64,000 nucleotides of DNA from the IMG/VR virus record IMGVR_UViG_3300007512_000001, positions 1-64,000 of that record, one strand, 5' to 3'. Positions 9,075 to 18,633 of the stretch are shown in pieces. Every line of letters starts with the position of its first letter. Within the stretch, counting starts at the first letter, position 1. The stretch is from a virus. Made by a program: the position numbers and the translations under genes. The notes under the pieces are model-generated. The model saw nothing but the letters and a program-made list of their open reading frames with translations. It ran no database searches and was not told the origin of the DNA.

Positions 9075-10214
9075 GTGTTAAAACTAACTGATCAACATGT
9101 TGGTGGTTACGAACGAGTAGTTCGTGCAACCAATGACACTACAGGATTAGATGCCTGCATATCCATTCATAATACGCAACTAGGCCCCGCTATCGGTGGA
9201 TGTCGTTATATGGAATATAACGACTTTGAGGAGCAACGCTATGATGCGTTGCGTTTATCAAAGCACATGACATATAAAAATGCATTAGCCGGATTACACA
9301 ACGGCGGCGGCAAAACAACTATTAATACTCGTGCTTATAGTGGCGCAAATTCTTGTGACTTATGGAAATCGTTTGCAGAAGCATTAGAAAAACTAGATGG
9401 TATCTATTATACTGCGGGTGATATCGGAACTACTACTCAAGATCTTAAAGAAATACGTAGGCATACACAATATGTTTTAGGATATGAAGGAGACGATTCG
9501 GGATGGGCTACAGCATATGGTGTTTATAATTCTCTTTGTGGTGCTTACAAGTTCTTTCGAAACAAGCCCGTCATTGAATTCAATAAATATCTGTTAAATA
9601 AAAGGTCAATAGGAATCGTAGGACTAGGAAAGGTAGGAGAAAGATTAGTAAAATTTTTAACAGATAATGACTGTCAACGGTCATTAACTATTTACGTATA
9701 CGATATTCATAAAGAAAAATATGATAAAGTAAAAAAAGATGTAATTTCACGCAATGAACAGTGGCAATTGGGAGGTATATCGAATAGACTACAATGGTGT
9801 GATAGTATAGAAGAAATCAACCAACTTCCTGTAGACGTATATGCTCCTTGTGCCACAGGCGGTATGATTACTGAAAATTTTGCTAATGTTTGCCATGCTA
9901 AAATTATCTGTGGCGGCGCCAATAACCAATTAGAAAACAACGATGTTGCTCAAATATTATTTGATCGTGGTATTTTGTACGTTCCTGACTACTTAGCAAA
10001 TTCAGGAGGTGTTGTTCAAGTACGGTCTTCCTATGACATATCACACGACATAACCACTAGTTTAAATGTGTCGTGGGATAATCCATTAGTAAAAGATAGA
10101 TTAGAAGATCTTGATTTAAGAGCATATGAGATATTAGAACAAAGTCAAGAACAAAATAAACCTACCAATATTGTAGCAAAAGAAATCGTAGAAAACAAAC
10201 TAAAAGGCTTGTAA
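9075..10214 (+). CDS. Glu/Leu/Phe/Val dehydrogenase (leucine dehydrogenase-like)
   Basis: GPAIGGCR, MTYKNALAGL, GGGK, AGDIGT, ATAYGV, GLGKVG, APCA, GGANNQL, PDYLANSGG. Confidence 0.9.
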   Translation: MLKLTDQHVGGYERVVRATNDTTGLDACISIHNTQLGPAIGGCRYMEYNDFEEQRYDALRLSKHMTYKNALAGLHNGGGKTTINTRAYSGANSCDLWKSFAEALEKLDGIYYTAGDIGTTTQDLKEIRRHTQYVLGYEGDDSGWATAYGVYNSLCGAYKFFRNKPVIEFNKYLLNKRSIGIVGLGKVGERLVKFLTDNDCQRSLTIYVYDIHKEKYDKVKKDVISRNEQWQLGGISNRLQWCDSIEEINQLPVDVYAPCATGGMITENFANVCHAKIICGGANNQLENNDVAQILFDRGILYVPDYLANSGGVVQVRSSYDISHDITTSLNVSWDNPLVKDRLEDLDLRAYEILEQSQEQNKPTNIVAKEIVENKLKGL

Positions 10215-10237
10215 AATAGCAAATATTCTGTTATAAT
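10209..10237 (+). promoter_or_regulatory. sigma70-type promoter for DNA polymerase
   Basis: TTGTAA-17-TATAAT with extended TG; ATG at 10245. Confidence 0.7.
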
Positions 10238-10244
10238 ATATTAC

Positions 10245-12899
10245 ATGTATGTAGACGCTTATTTAGATAAGGAACAAAACAAGATACACGTGGCCGAGCG
10301 TGTAGACAGTAAACGCAAGTTTAAAGAGTTTCCAGTAGAATATACCTTTTACTTTGACGACCCAAGGGGCAAGTTCCAAACCATACACGGCTGGCCTGTA
10401 AGCCGTTTCCATTCCAAAAGCAAAAAAGAGTTTAACAGAGAACTAAAAATAAACCGTAGCAATACTGTTTATGAAAGTGATGTTAATCCTGTATTTAGAT
10501 GTCTTTCTGAAAACTATTTAGGTGCAGAATCTCCTAATCTAAATGTTTGCTACGTAGATATTGAGGCAGACTTCGATCCAGAAAAAGGCTTTAGCGAGCC
10601 CGGTGATCCAACAGCACCTATTACTGCTATTACTGTTTATTTGTCACAAATGAAACAGTTAATAACACTTACATTGCGTCCCAAGGGAATGTCTGAAGAA
10701 ATTGGCAAGGGCATTGCTAAAAACTTTGACAATACATTTATATTTGATTACAAAGACGAAAAGAAACTAATAGAAACGTTTCTTGATCTCATACAAGACT
10801 CTGATATTATTACTGGCTGGAATAGCGAAGGGTATGATTTACCATATCTGATTAATAGAACTACAAAAGTAATGAGCAGAGACGATACACGGCGTTATTG
10901 TTTATGGAATCAGTTTCCTAAAAAGTATGAGTATGAAAAGTTTGGAGCGCGGCAAGAAGGCTTTCATTTAATAGGACGCATACATTTGGACTATCTGGAA
11001 CTATATCGTAAGTACACATATCATGAAATGCATTCCTATTCGCTGGATACAGTATCTGAATATGAATTAAATGATAGAAAGGTTCCATATGAAGGCACAC
11101 TTGACCAATTATATAACAGAGACTTCGAGAAGTTTATTGAATACAATAGGCAAGACGTTATGCTTATTGTGCGTATGGATGAGAAACTAAAGTTCATTGA
11201 TCTTGCTAACGTATTGGCACATGAAAATACTGTGCTTATTCCCACAACAATGGGAGCAGTAGCACTTACAGAACAGGCTATTATTAATGACGCCCATTCG
11301 CAAGGACTTATCGTTCCCAACAAACCTGACAGGGATAATGAAAAATCTGCCACGGCTGCCGGCGCTTGGGTTGCTAAGCCACGTAAAGGACTACACCATT
11401 GGATTGGTTCTGTAGATATTAATTCTCTGTATCCATCTGCTTTGCGAGCACTCAATATGAGCCCGGAAACCATCATTGGGCAATTACGTCCAACAATAAC
11501 ACAAAACCATATCAAGAGTGTTATTGATAGTGGTAAAACACATTCAGATAGTTGGGAAGGATTGTTTGGCTCGTTGGAATATGAAGCAGTAATGAACCGT
11601 GATAGAAATACTGAGATTACTATTGATTGGGAGGACGGTAAGATAGAAGTTAAAAACGCTATCGATATACATAAGATGGTGTTTAACAGTGATAATAAAA
11701 TCATACTTAGTGCCAATGGAACATTGTTTAGAAATGACAAGAAAGGCATTATTCCAGGATTGCTTGAAAAATGGTATGCAGAGCGTAAGGTTATGCAGAG
11801 CAAATTGCGTGAAGCAAAGACACCTGAAGAGATTGCGTTCTGGGATAAAAGGCAACTTGTTAAAAAGATTAATCTAAATAGTTTATATGGTGCATTGCTT
11901 AATCCCTACTGTAGATTTTTTGATATGCGTTTAGGTCAAAGCACAACATTATCAGGTAGAACTATTACTAAGCATATGGCTAGTTATATTAATAAGATTA
12001 TTACAGGAGAGTATGACTATCAAGGCGATGCTATTATATATGGCGATACAGACTCTTGTTATTTTTCCGCATATAATGTACTTAAAGATGATATAGACGC
12101 TGGCAATATTCCATGGGACCGAGAAGCAATCATTGAACTATATGACAAAGTGTCTGATGAAGTCAACAAAAACTTCCCTGCGTTTATGCAACAAACATTC
12201 AATTGCAATCATGAACTAGGTGAAATTATTCAATGTGGTAGAGAAATTGTTGCAAGCAGTGGACTATATATTACTAAAAAGAGATATGCGGCCCTTATAT
12301 ATGATTTAGAAGGCAAACGCACAGATCAAGATGGACCAGGTAAAGTAAAAGCAATGGGCATGGATCTCAAGAGATCAGATACGCCGGTGTTTATGCAGGA
12401 TTTTCTAAATATATTATTGCTCGATGTGTTAACCGGAGCAAAAGAAGAAGAAGTGATAGAAAAGATTAAAGCATTTAAACATGACTTTGCTGATAAACCG
12501 GGCTGGGAAAAAGGCACTCCAAAACGTGTAAACAACCTTACAATGTATACAAAGAAAGAAGAACGCCAAGGCAAAGCAAACATGCCTGGACACGTTAGAG
12601 CCGCGATGAATTGGAATACGTTGCGTAATATGAATAGTGACAAGTACAGTATGCAGATTATGGACGGGCAAAAGACAATTGTTTGCAAACTTAAGAATAA
12701 TCCGTTAAATATGACTAGCGTTGCGTACCCTATTGACGAGCAACGAATACCCCAGTGGTTTAAGGAACTTCCGTTTGACCACATAGCGATGGAACAGACC
12801 ATTATTGACAAAAAGGTAGGAAATCTATTAAATGTACTTAACTGGGATTTGCGCCAAGGCACTTCTAGAAGCACGTTTGATGATTTATTTGAATTATGA
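10245..12899 (+). CDS. family B DNA polymerase (T4 gp43-like)
   Basis: DIEAD exonuclease I, WNSEGYDLPY, SVDINSLYPS, KINLNSLYG, YGDTDS, KKRYA. Confidence 0.97.
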   Translation: MYVDAYLDKEQNKIHVAERVDSKRKFKEFPVEYTFYFDDPRGKFQTIHGWPVSRFHSKSKKEFNRELKINRSNTVYESDVNPVFRCLSENYLGAESPNLNVCYVDIEADFDPEKGFSEPGDPTAPITAITVYLSQMKQLITLTLRPKGMSEEIGKGIAKNFDNTFIFDYKDEKKLIETFLDLIQDSDIITGWNSEGYDLPYLINRTTKVMSRDDTRRYCLWNQFPKKYEYEKFGARQEGFHLIGRIHLDYLELYRKYTYHEMHSYSLDTVSEYELNDRKVPYEGTLDQLYNRDFEKFIEYNRQDVMLIVRMDEKLKFIDLANVLAHENTVLIPTTMGAVALTEQAIINDAHSQGLIVPNKPDRDNEKSATAAGAWVAKPRKGLHHWIGSVDINSLYPSALRALNMSPETIIGQLRPTITQNHIKSVIDSGKTHSDSWEGLFGSLEYEAVMNRDRNTEITIDWEDGKIEVKNAIDIHKMVFNSDNKIILSANGTLFRNDKKGIIPGLLEKWYAERKVMQSKLREAKTPEEIAFWDKRQLVKKINLNSLYGALLNPYCRFFDMRLGQSTTLSGRTITKHMASYINKIITGEYDYQGDAIIYGDTDSCYFSAYNVLKDDIDAGNIPWDREAIIELYDKVSDEVNKNFPAFMQQTFNCNHELGEIIQCGREIVASSGLYITKKRYAALIYDLEGKRTDQDGPGKVKAMGMDLKRSDTPVFMQDFLNILLLDVLTGAKEEEVIEKIKAFKHDFADKPGWEKGTPKRVNNLTMYTKKEERQGKANMPGHVRAAMNWNTLRNMNSDKYSMQIMDGQKTIVCKLKNNPLNMTSVAYPIDEQRIPQWFKELPFDHIAMEQTIIDKKVGNLLNVLNWDLRQGTSRSTFDDLFEL

Positions 12900-13807
12900 A
12901 ACTGAAAGAATATATTAAAGAAAAAACATTGTTTGATAGTATTAATACTGATGGTATTAAAAGAAATTATGCCGAAATTAAAAAATATTTGCAAAAAAGT
13001 AATACTAGTATAGATTTAGAAGTTATTGACAAATTTGAAGATAATATTAATGAAATAGATACAGTAATTAAAGATGGATATGAAAACTTACAAGCAAGGT
13101 TTTATAAAAGTGTACAACCTAAAAATCTTGCTCGCAGTTATGATCACTACGAAACGCGAAAATTTAGAGCGTTAGAAGAAGTAAGTAATAGTGAATGGGA
13201 TCATGAACTACAAGAAATAATTTTATCTAGAATAGCAAAATATGTTAACTATCAATATCCGGGCCTAGAAGTAACCCCTAGATCTAAAATCTGGACTAAA
13301 AATATGACTGGCATGGATCCATTTTTCATTGCTAGTAAAGATTTAGATGTAGTACATAATATAAACCAACAATTTCATCCTATGTATCAAAGAAGAATTA
13401 GAGTATATAACTACGAAAACGCAGACTTTTCACAACTTCCACATAATACGTTTGGTTTTGTGTTTAGTTGGAACTATTTTGAGTTTTTACCTTACGACAT
13501 CATTGACAAATATCTAGCAAGCATTTATGATTTACTATTACCAGGTGGCATAATGTTTTTAAGTTATGCTGATTGCTTGTTAGAAAAAACTGCTACAAAA
13601 TTTGAAAATTCATATTATTGTTATATGACTAAAGAATTATTAACAGGACTTGCTGATAAGAATGGATTTGATCTTCTTAAAGAAGAACATTATCAATATA
13701 GAACTAGTTGGGCAATTATAAAAAAGCCAGGAGAACTACCGAAGGGAATAAAACAAGTTCCAAGTCTTGGTTACGTAAAAGACGTTACGTCACATCCAAT
13801 ACCTTGA
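12896..13807 (+). CDS. class I SAM-dependent methyltransferase-like protein
   Basis: LPHNTFGFVFSWNYFEFL...IYDLLLPGGIMFLSY; the glycine-rich motif I is degenerate. Confidence 0.55.
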   Translation: MKLKEYIKEKTLFDSINTDGIKRNYAEIKKYLQKSNTSIDLEVIDKFEDNINEIDTVIKDGYENLQARFYKSVQPKNLARSYDHYETRKFRALEEVSNSEWDHELQEIILSRIAKYVNYQYPGLEVTPRSKIWTKNMTGMDPFFIASKDLDVVHNINQQFHPMYQRRIRVYNYENADFSQLPHNTFGFVFSWNYFEFLPYDIIDKYLASIYDLLLPGGIMFLSYADCLLEKTATKFENSYYCYMTKELLTGLADKNGFDLLKEEHYQYRTSWAIIKKPGELPKGIKQVPSLGYVKDVTSHPIP

Positions 13808-13831
13808 CAATTGTCAAGGTTACCTTGACAA
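13800..13831. repeat. X-X'-X inverted triplication containing the -35 box
   Basis: TACCTTGACAA|TTGTCAAGGT|TACCTTGACAA. Confidence 0.85.
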
Positions 13832-13853
13832 AAAACAAAATACAATATATAAT
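13825..13853 (+). promoter_or_regulatory. sigma70 consensus promoter
   Basis: TTGACA-17-TATAAT, then AGGAG RBS. Confidence 0.85.
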
Positions 13854-13876
13854 ATATCAATTACTAGGAGTAATAT

Positions 13877-14608
13877 ATGAAAGACATTTTAACAGACATT
13901 ATTAGCCACATACATTCTTTAGGCTTTTTAAACATTGTAAAAATAAATGGTTCTACAGAAGGGACAACCATTGAATCAATGGAAGAAAGTAGAGCAGTAG
14001 TATTAATAGCAGAAACACATGATCCGGTTGCTGAATTTATTGGTACATTCGGTATGCCAAACCTAAATAAACTTGATACGTTACTAAAAATTCCTGCATA
14101 TAAAGAGGATGCCGTTCTTACTATTAACCAGCAAGAACGCAACGGAACTGTGATTCCAGTAGGTATTCACTTTGAATCAGATGCCGGTGATTTTCAAAAT
14201 GATTATAGGTTTATGAATGCAGAAATTATTGAAAATAAATTAAAAAGTGCTAAATTTAAGTTATCTGAGTGGGATATTGAATTTGAACCATCTGTGCAAT
14301 CTATACAAAAATTTGGTTGGCAGGCACAAATCAATTCTGAAGAAGACGTATTTACAGTTAAAACCGAGAAAAAGAATTTAATATTTGAATTTGGTGACCA
14401 TAGCACACACGCAGGGCAATTTGTTTTTGAAACCAGTATCGACGGCACACTTAAAGGTAGTTGGTCATGGCCAGTGTTATTTGTACAAAAAATTCTTAAT
14501 TTGGCTGGTGACAAAGTTATGTCAATTAGTGACAAAGGCGCATTACAAATTATAGTAGACAGTGGTCTAGCAAAATACAAATATATTTTACCAGCACAAA
14601 GTAAGTAA
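13877..14608 (+). CDS. DNA polymerase sliding clamp (gp45/PCNA-like)
   Basis: 243 aa, beta-rich two-domain pattern, ends GLAKYKYILPAQ, next to polymerase. Confidence 0.7.
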   Translation: MKDILTDIISHIHSLGFLNIVKINGSTEGTTIESMEESRAVVLIAETHDPVAEFIGTFGMPNLNKLDTLLKIPAYKEDAVLTINQQERNGTVIPVGIHFESDAGDFQNDYRFMNAEIIENKLKSAKFKLSEWDIEFEPSVQSIQKFGWQAQINSEEDVFTVKTEKKNLIFEFGDHSTHAGQFVFETSIDGTLKGSWSWPVLFVQKILNLAGDKVMSISDKGALQIIVDSGLAKYKYILPAQSK

Positions 14609-16098
14609 TGCAATCAGACTTTAGGAAAACACAGAAAGATTACGCAATATATTTGCCAGCAATTAGTTCTTTTTATGCCTCATATATTGGCAAGCAACGT
14701 TATGAAGAATACATTCCTGCTGACAGAATTCCTTCTCGCTTTACCAATGGCGTTGAAGGATTAAACTTTCTCAATATGGATGAAGGATACTTTAAGTATC
14801 CGTGGGCATTGTATTCTGCAGGCCATGCTAATATAAATCTTGATAAGCATGATCCCAAAGAGGATATGATTCGTAATAGAGATAACGCTAATACTATTTT
14901 ACTAGGTGATAGCGGAGGCTTTCAGATTTCTAAAGGTGTGTGGGAAGGACAATGGCTAGAACCATACGGAGTAGATGAAAAAACAGACAAAACTCGTGAA
15001 AAGGTTTTGCGTTTTTTAGAAGGTACCTTCGATTACTCTATGGTGTTGGACCTGCCTACTATGGGCGTTGATTGGGCCGCAGGAACAAAGCACGGATTAG
15101 ATACTTGGCAAAAGTGTTTACAAGGCACATTAAATAATAATGACTTCTTTGCTCAAGCAAGGACACCGGGTGCGACAAAGTTTTTAAATGTTCTGCAAGG
15201 TAATAACTGGGATCAAGCAGAGAAATGGTATGAAGCAGTAAAACCATATAGCACAGGTGAAAAAGCAAACTTTGAATGTTTTGCTATGGCGGGTTGGAAC
15301 AAAAAAGATATTGAGATTGCGTTGAAACGTTTTGTTACATTGCGTAGGGACGGGTTGCTACAAGATTGTGAATGGATACACTTCCTTGGTACAGGTGAAT
15401 TATTATGGAGTATTATGCTAACCGCACTACAACGAACAGTAAGAGATACAACGAGTCCAGATATTATACTTTCATATGACTGTGCTTCGCCGTTTCTAGC
15501 AACAGCATATGGTACAATCTATACAAGCATACATACAGATCATCTACGCAAGGGCGGATGGACTTATAGAATGATTAAAGCTATCGACGACAAGAAGTAT
15601 TCAACTGATAGCAGAATATATGATTATAACATTGAACATCCGGGTGTCGCGTGGGAACCCAGTGTTATTACAGAAATGATTGAAATGAAGGATGTTTGCC
15701 AATATGGTCCGGGCGATTTAAATAAAATAGGCAAGGAAGGAAAAACTAGTTGGGATAGTTTTAGTTATGCAATACAAATGGGGCATAACGTTTATATGCA
15801 TATCCTAGCAACACAGCGAGCAAATGAGTGCTATGACGAAGGAATATATCCCCCTAGTCTAGTAGCACCCAATGGCGCAACTATCTCTGATGTTATTACA
15901 GATATATTTGCCCATAAAGATTATAATAATGCCATGGCAGAAATACATAAGTATAGTAAGTGGTTTGCTAGAATACAAGGCGAATTCAAAGCAGATGCTA
16001 TGGCCGATGAATTTGGTATAGAACCAATGGGCAAAGTAGAAGAAGTAAGAAAAGAAAAATATAGCGCAGATAAGGCGTTCAACGAACTATTTAACTAA
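14608..16098 (+). CDS. dpdA: DpdA/TGT-like 7-deazaguanine transglycosylase
   Basis: DSGGFQ, MVLDLP, NVLQG, IHFLG, SYDCAS TGT motifs; folE/queD/queE nearby. Confidence 0.8.
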   Translation: MQSDFRKTQKDYAIYLPAISSFYASYIGKQRYEEYIPADRIPSRFTNGVEGLNFLNMDEGYFKYPWALYSAGHANINLDKHDPKEDMIRNRDNANTILLGDSGGFQISKGVWEGQWLEPYGVDEKTDKTREKVLRFLEGTFDYSMVLDLPTMGVDWAAGTKHGLDTWQKCLQGTLNNNDFFAQARTPGATKFLNVLQGNNWDQAEKWYEAVKPYSTGEKANFECFAMAGWNKKDIEIALKRFVTLRRDGLLQDCEWIHFLGTGELLWSIMLTALQRTVRDTTSPDIILSYDCASPFLATAYGTIYTSIHTDHLRKGGWTYRMIKAIDDKKYSTDSRIYDYNIEHPGVAWEPSVITEMIEMKDVCQYGPGDLNKIGKEGKTSWDSFSYAIQMGHNVYMHILATQRANECYDEGIYPPSLVAPNGATISDVITDIFAHKDYNNAMAEIHKYSKWFARIQGEFKADAMADEFGIEPMGKVEEVRKEKYSADKAFNELFN

Positions 16099-16109
16099 GG
16101 AGCAATAGT

Positions 16110-16751
16110 ATGGCAGTCAAAAAAATAAAAGCAAAGGTAGAAGATACAGTAGAAACAGACGACGACAAAGGGGGCCCGCGCAAACAGCGTCCACCTGCAG
16201 GACCACAGATGATTGGTGATCCACTTTATGATAACAATATACATATGTTTATGACAGACTTTAACGAAGAGTCATGTGCAATGGCAATTCGTTTTATTCT
16301 TGAGAAGAATGTAATACCTAAAAAACATAGACCAAAGCATTTAACACTTATGATTAACAGCCCCGGTGGTGCAGTACACGCCGCTTTTGCTCTTATTGAT
16401 GTTATGAAAGGATCTGCGATTCCTGTTAGAACAGTAGGTTTAGGAATGATCGCCTCATGCGGAATACTTACATTTATGGCGGGACAAAAAGGACATAGAG
16501 TTATTACTCCTAATACTTCTATTTTGTCACACCAATATAGTTGGGGTTCGCGTGGTAAAGAACACGAATTATTCGCAGTTGTACGTGAATTTGAAATGTC
16601 AACAGACCGTATGATAGCACATTATAAAAAATGCACTGGACTTTCTGAAAAGAAGATTCGTGAAATACTATTGCCGCCAGAGGATGTTTGGTTAAGTGCT
16701 GAAGAAGCAGTAGAATATGGCATTGCAGACGAGATTAGATCTGTTTATTAA
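16110..16751 (+). CDS. clpP: ATP-dependent Clp protease proteolytic subunit
   Basis: INSPGG, GMIASCG (catalytic Ser), LSHQ (His), DVWLSAEEAVEYGIAD. Confidence 0.92.
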   Translation: MAVKKIKAKVEDTVETDDDKGGPRKQRPPAGPQMIGDPLYDNNIHMFMTDFNEESCAMAIRFILEKNVIPKKHRPKHLTLMINSPGGAVHAAFALIDVMKGSAIPVRTVGLGMIASCGILTFMAGQKGHRVITPNTSILSHQYSWGSRGKEHELFAVVREFEMSTDRMIAHYKKCTGLSEKKIREILLPPEDVWLSAEEAVEYGIADEIRSVY

Positions 16752-16778
16752 GATTGTAACATATGTGTAACAATAATT

Positions 16779-17042
16779 ATGGAACTAGGGAAGTTTAAAG
16801 TAGATAAAATAACCCGCCGAGATAGATGGATCGGAGAATCAAACGGAAATAGCGTAGAAGGCGGTGCTTTAAATGCTAACTATCGCACAGTAGAAGCAAT
16901 TGCGATGATATGCAACCACCTAGGCCAACTTGGTTTAATATATGGTGAGGACTTTGTTTGGGACGGTGTATCGAGCGATGAAATTAAAATACGCTACCTT
17001 AAAAATCACAAGACTTTACTTGACACAATCAAGTGGTCATAG
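16779..17042 (+). CDS. hypothetical protein
   Basis: 87-aa ORF in the operon. Confidence 0.65.
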   Translation: MELGKFKVDKITRRDRWIGESNGNSVEGGALNANYRTVEAIAMICNHLGQLGLIYGEDFVWDGVSSDEIKIRYLKNHKTLLDTIKWS

Positions 17043-17048
17043 TATACT
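17020..17048 (+). promoter_or_regulatory. sigma70-type promoter
   Basis: TTGACA-17-TATACT upstream of ferredoxin. Confidence 0.75.
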
Positions 17049-17057
17049 ATATGTATA

Positions 17058-17396
17058 ATGACTTACGTTGTAAATGAAAAGTGTATCAAGTGCAAACTAA
17101 CTGATTGCGTAGAAGTTTGCCCAGTTGATTGCTTTTACGAAGGAGAAAATACACTAGTAATCCATCCCGATGAATGTATAGATTGCGGTATCTGCGAACC
17201 TGAATGCCCAATTGGAGCAATTGATACAGATACCGATTATAAACAAACAGGCTCTATTGACTTTCTAGAGTTCAATAGAAAATATTCACTAGAGTGGCCT
17301 AACATTACAGAAACAAAAAGCCCAATGCCAGGAAGCGATGACTGGCGTGACAAAACAGACAAAGAACCCCTTATATCAACTGAACCTGCGAGTTAA
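17058..17396 (+). CDS. fdxA: FdxA-type 7Fe/8Fe ferredoxin
   Basis: [21 protein letters not shown]...[16 protein letters not shown] and WPNIT tail. Confidence 0.93.
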   Translation: MTYVVNEKCIKCKLTDCVEVCPVDCFYEGENTLVIHPDECIDCGICEPECPIGAIDTDTDYKQTGSIDFLEFNRKYSLEWPNITETKSPMPGSDDWRDKTDKEPLISTEPAS

Positions 17397-17398
17397 TT

Positions 17399-17854
17399 AT
17401 GAACGAAGTATTCAACATAGACGATCATAGACGTCAACTGAGAACAGAAAAAGTTCAACAAATGCCCAAAATGATTTGGGTTAAATTTCAAAAAGAGGGT
17501 ATACACAAATACCCGGCCGCATTAGAAGATCCCGCATTAGCAACTGGTGATGAGTATGATGTATCCTTTCTCGGATATCCACATCGCCACACATTCCACT
17601 TTAAGGTTACTATACAAGTATTCCACGACGACAGAGATATTGAATTTATTCAATTTAAACGTTGGTTGGAAAATCTTTATTCCACAGGCACTTTACAATT
17701 AGACTACAAGTCCTGTGAAATGATAGCAGACGATCTCTACCTAGCAATCAACGAACGCTATAAAGGCAGAGAAGTCCAAATAGACGTAAGCGAAGATGAC
17801 GAGAATGGATGCCATTGCGTCTATCCTGTAATCGCTTATAAAAACATTAACTAA
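17399..17854 (+). CDS. QueD-paralogous T-fold protein, DpdL-like (candidate CDG decarboxylase)
   Basis: LGYPHRHTF matches the LxxxHRHxF motif I recall for DpdL; RDIEFI..KRWL, SCEMIA, VSEDDENG. Confidence 0.7.
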   Translation: MNEVFNIDDHRRQLRTEKVQQMPKMIWVKFQKEGIHKYPAALEDPALATGDEYDVSFLGYPHRHTFHFKVTIQVFHDDRDIEFIQFKRWLENLYSTGTLQLDYKSCEMIADDLYLAINERYKGREVQIDVSEDDENGCHCVYPVIAYKNIN

Positions 17855-17875
17855 CAACAATAACAAGGTACTGTT

Positions 17876-18097
17876 ATGAAAAAAGCAGTGAAACAAATCT
17901 TTGATGATTTGGATGCATATCGTGACTTCTGTCGAGAATTTGGACGAGTCTTTGATGAGGCACATTTATATAAGGAAAAGAGTCCATATAGCGACTTTTT
18001 ACGCTGGAAGGAGACTGGCAAGGCAAGATATTGGCCAGGGTATCCACATTTTAGAAAACCTTATAAAAAAAGCAATGCAGAACAAAGACAACAATAA
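17876..18097 (+). CDS. hypothetical protein
   Basis: 73-aa ORF, VKQIFDDLDAYRDFCREFG. Confidence 0.65.
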   Translation: MKKAVKQIFDDLDAYRDFCREFGRVFDEAHLYKEKSPYSDFLRWKETGKARYWPGYPHFRKPYKKSNAEQRQQ

Positions 18098-18488
18098 ATT
18101 TGATATCCAACGAGATTGGGGAGTTTATGATGTTCTTGCTAACTTCAAAAGTATGAAGGTTAAGGAGCTAGTCGTAAATCCTAACTCCTGTATGAGTTTC
18201 CAACGTCATGAACATAGAAATGAGTTTTGGATTGTAGAATCTGGTGTTGCAAGACTTATATTAGCACCAAACTATACTGAATCTTGTAGCAAAGGAGATC
18301 TTAGCAATCGGCATAATTTTATAGAACGTGATGCTAGAACTATTATATTAAATAAGCATGAATCTTACCACGTGCCAGCCGGAGAATGGCATCAAATCAT
18401 GAACCCTTCTTATACACCATTGCATATTGTAGAAATACAATATGGAGAATTTTGTGATGAGGTTGATATAGAAAGGCTTTATCAATGA
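18075..18488 (+). CDS. cupin, mannose-6-phosphate isomerase type II C-terminal-like
   Basis: RDWGVY, VKELVVNP, SFQRHEHRNEFW, WHQIMNP, IVEIQYG; start moved to MQNK because 17901 overlaps the previous gene. Confidence 0.8.
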   Translation: MQNKDNNKFDIQRDWGVYDVLANFKSMKVKELVVNPNSCMSFQRHEHRNEFWIVESGVARLILAPNYTESCSKGDLSNRHNFIERDARTIILNKHESYHVPAGEWHQIMNPSYTPLHIVEIQYGEFCDEVDIERLYQ

Positions 18489-18492
18489 ATAG

Positions 18493-18633
18493 GTTTATAC
18501 TTGCAGAGATGCAAATAGAAATTTTTATTTGGGCGAAAAATCTAGATTTGCCGCCTGGAACAAAGCAAGACCTGCACCTGAATGGTATGTAACTGGTCTT
18601 AAGACAACGAACATAGATGGAGTTACTGTTTAG
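18493..18633 (+). pseudogene. startless C-terminal relic of a DenV/pyrimidine-dimer-glycosylase-like phage protein
   Basis: frame reads DANRNFYLGEKSRFAAWNKARPAPEWYV, like the AYRxYYxxEKxxFAxW..R..PxW tail of that family; stop at 18490 and no ATG. Confidence 0.5.

Noticed and set aside
10245-12899. Intein or intron in DNA polymerase
   Set aside because: 884 aa with contiguous PolB motifs and normal spacing.
11036-12994. Long antisense ORFs (255 and 222 aa) opposite PolB, and similar shadow ORFs elsewhere
   Set aside because: They fully overlap well-supported genes, have no motifs, and show typical antisense composition.
17901-18074. N-terminal extension of the cupin ORF
   Set aside because: It overlaps the coherent 17876..18097 gene; cupin homology starts at MQNK.
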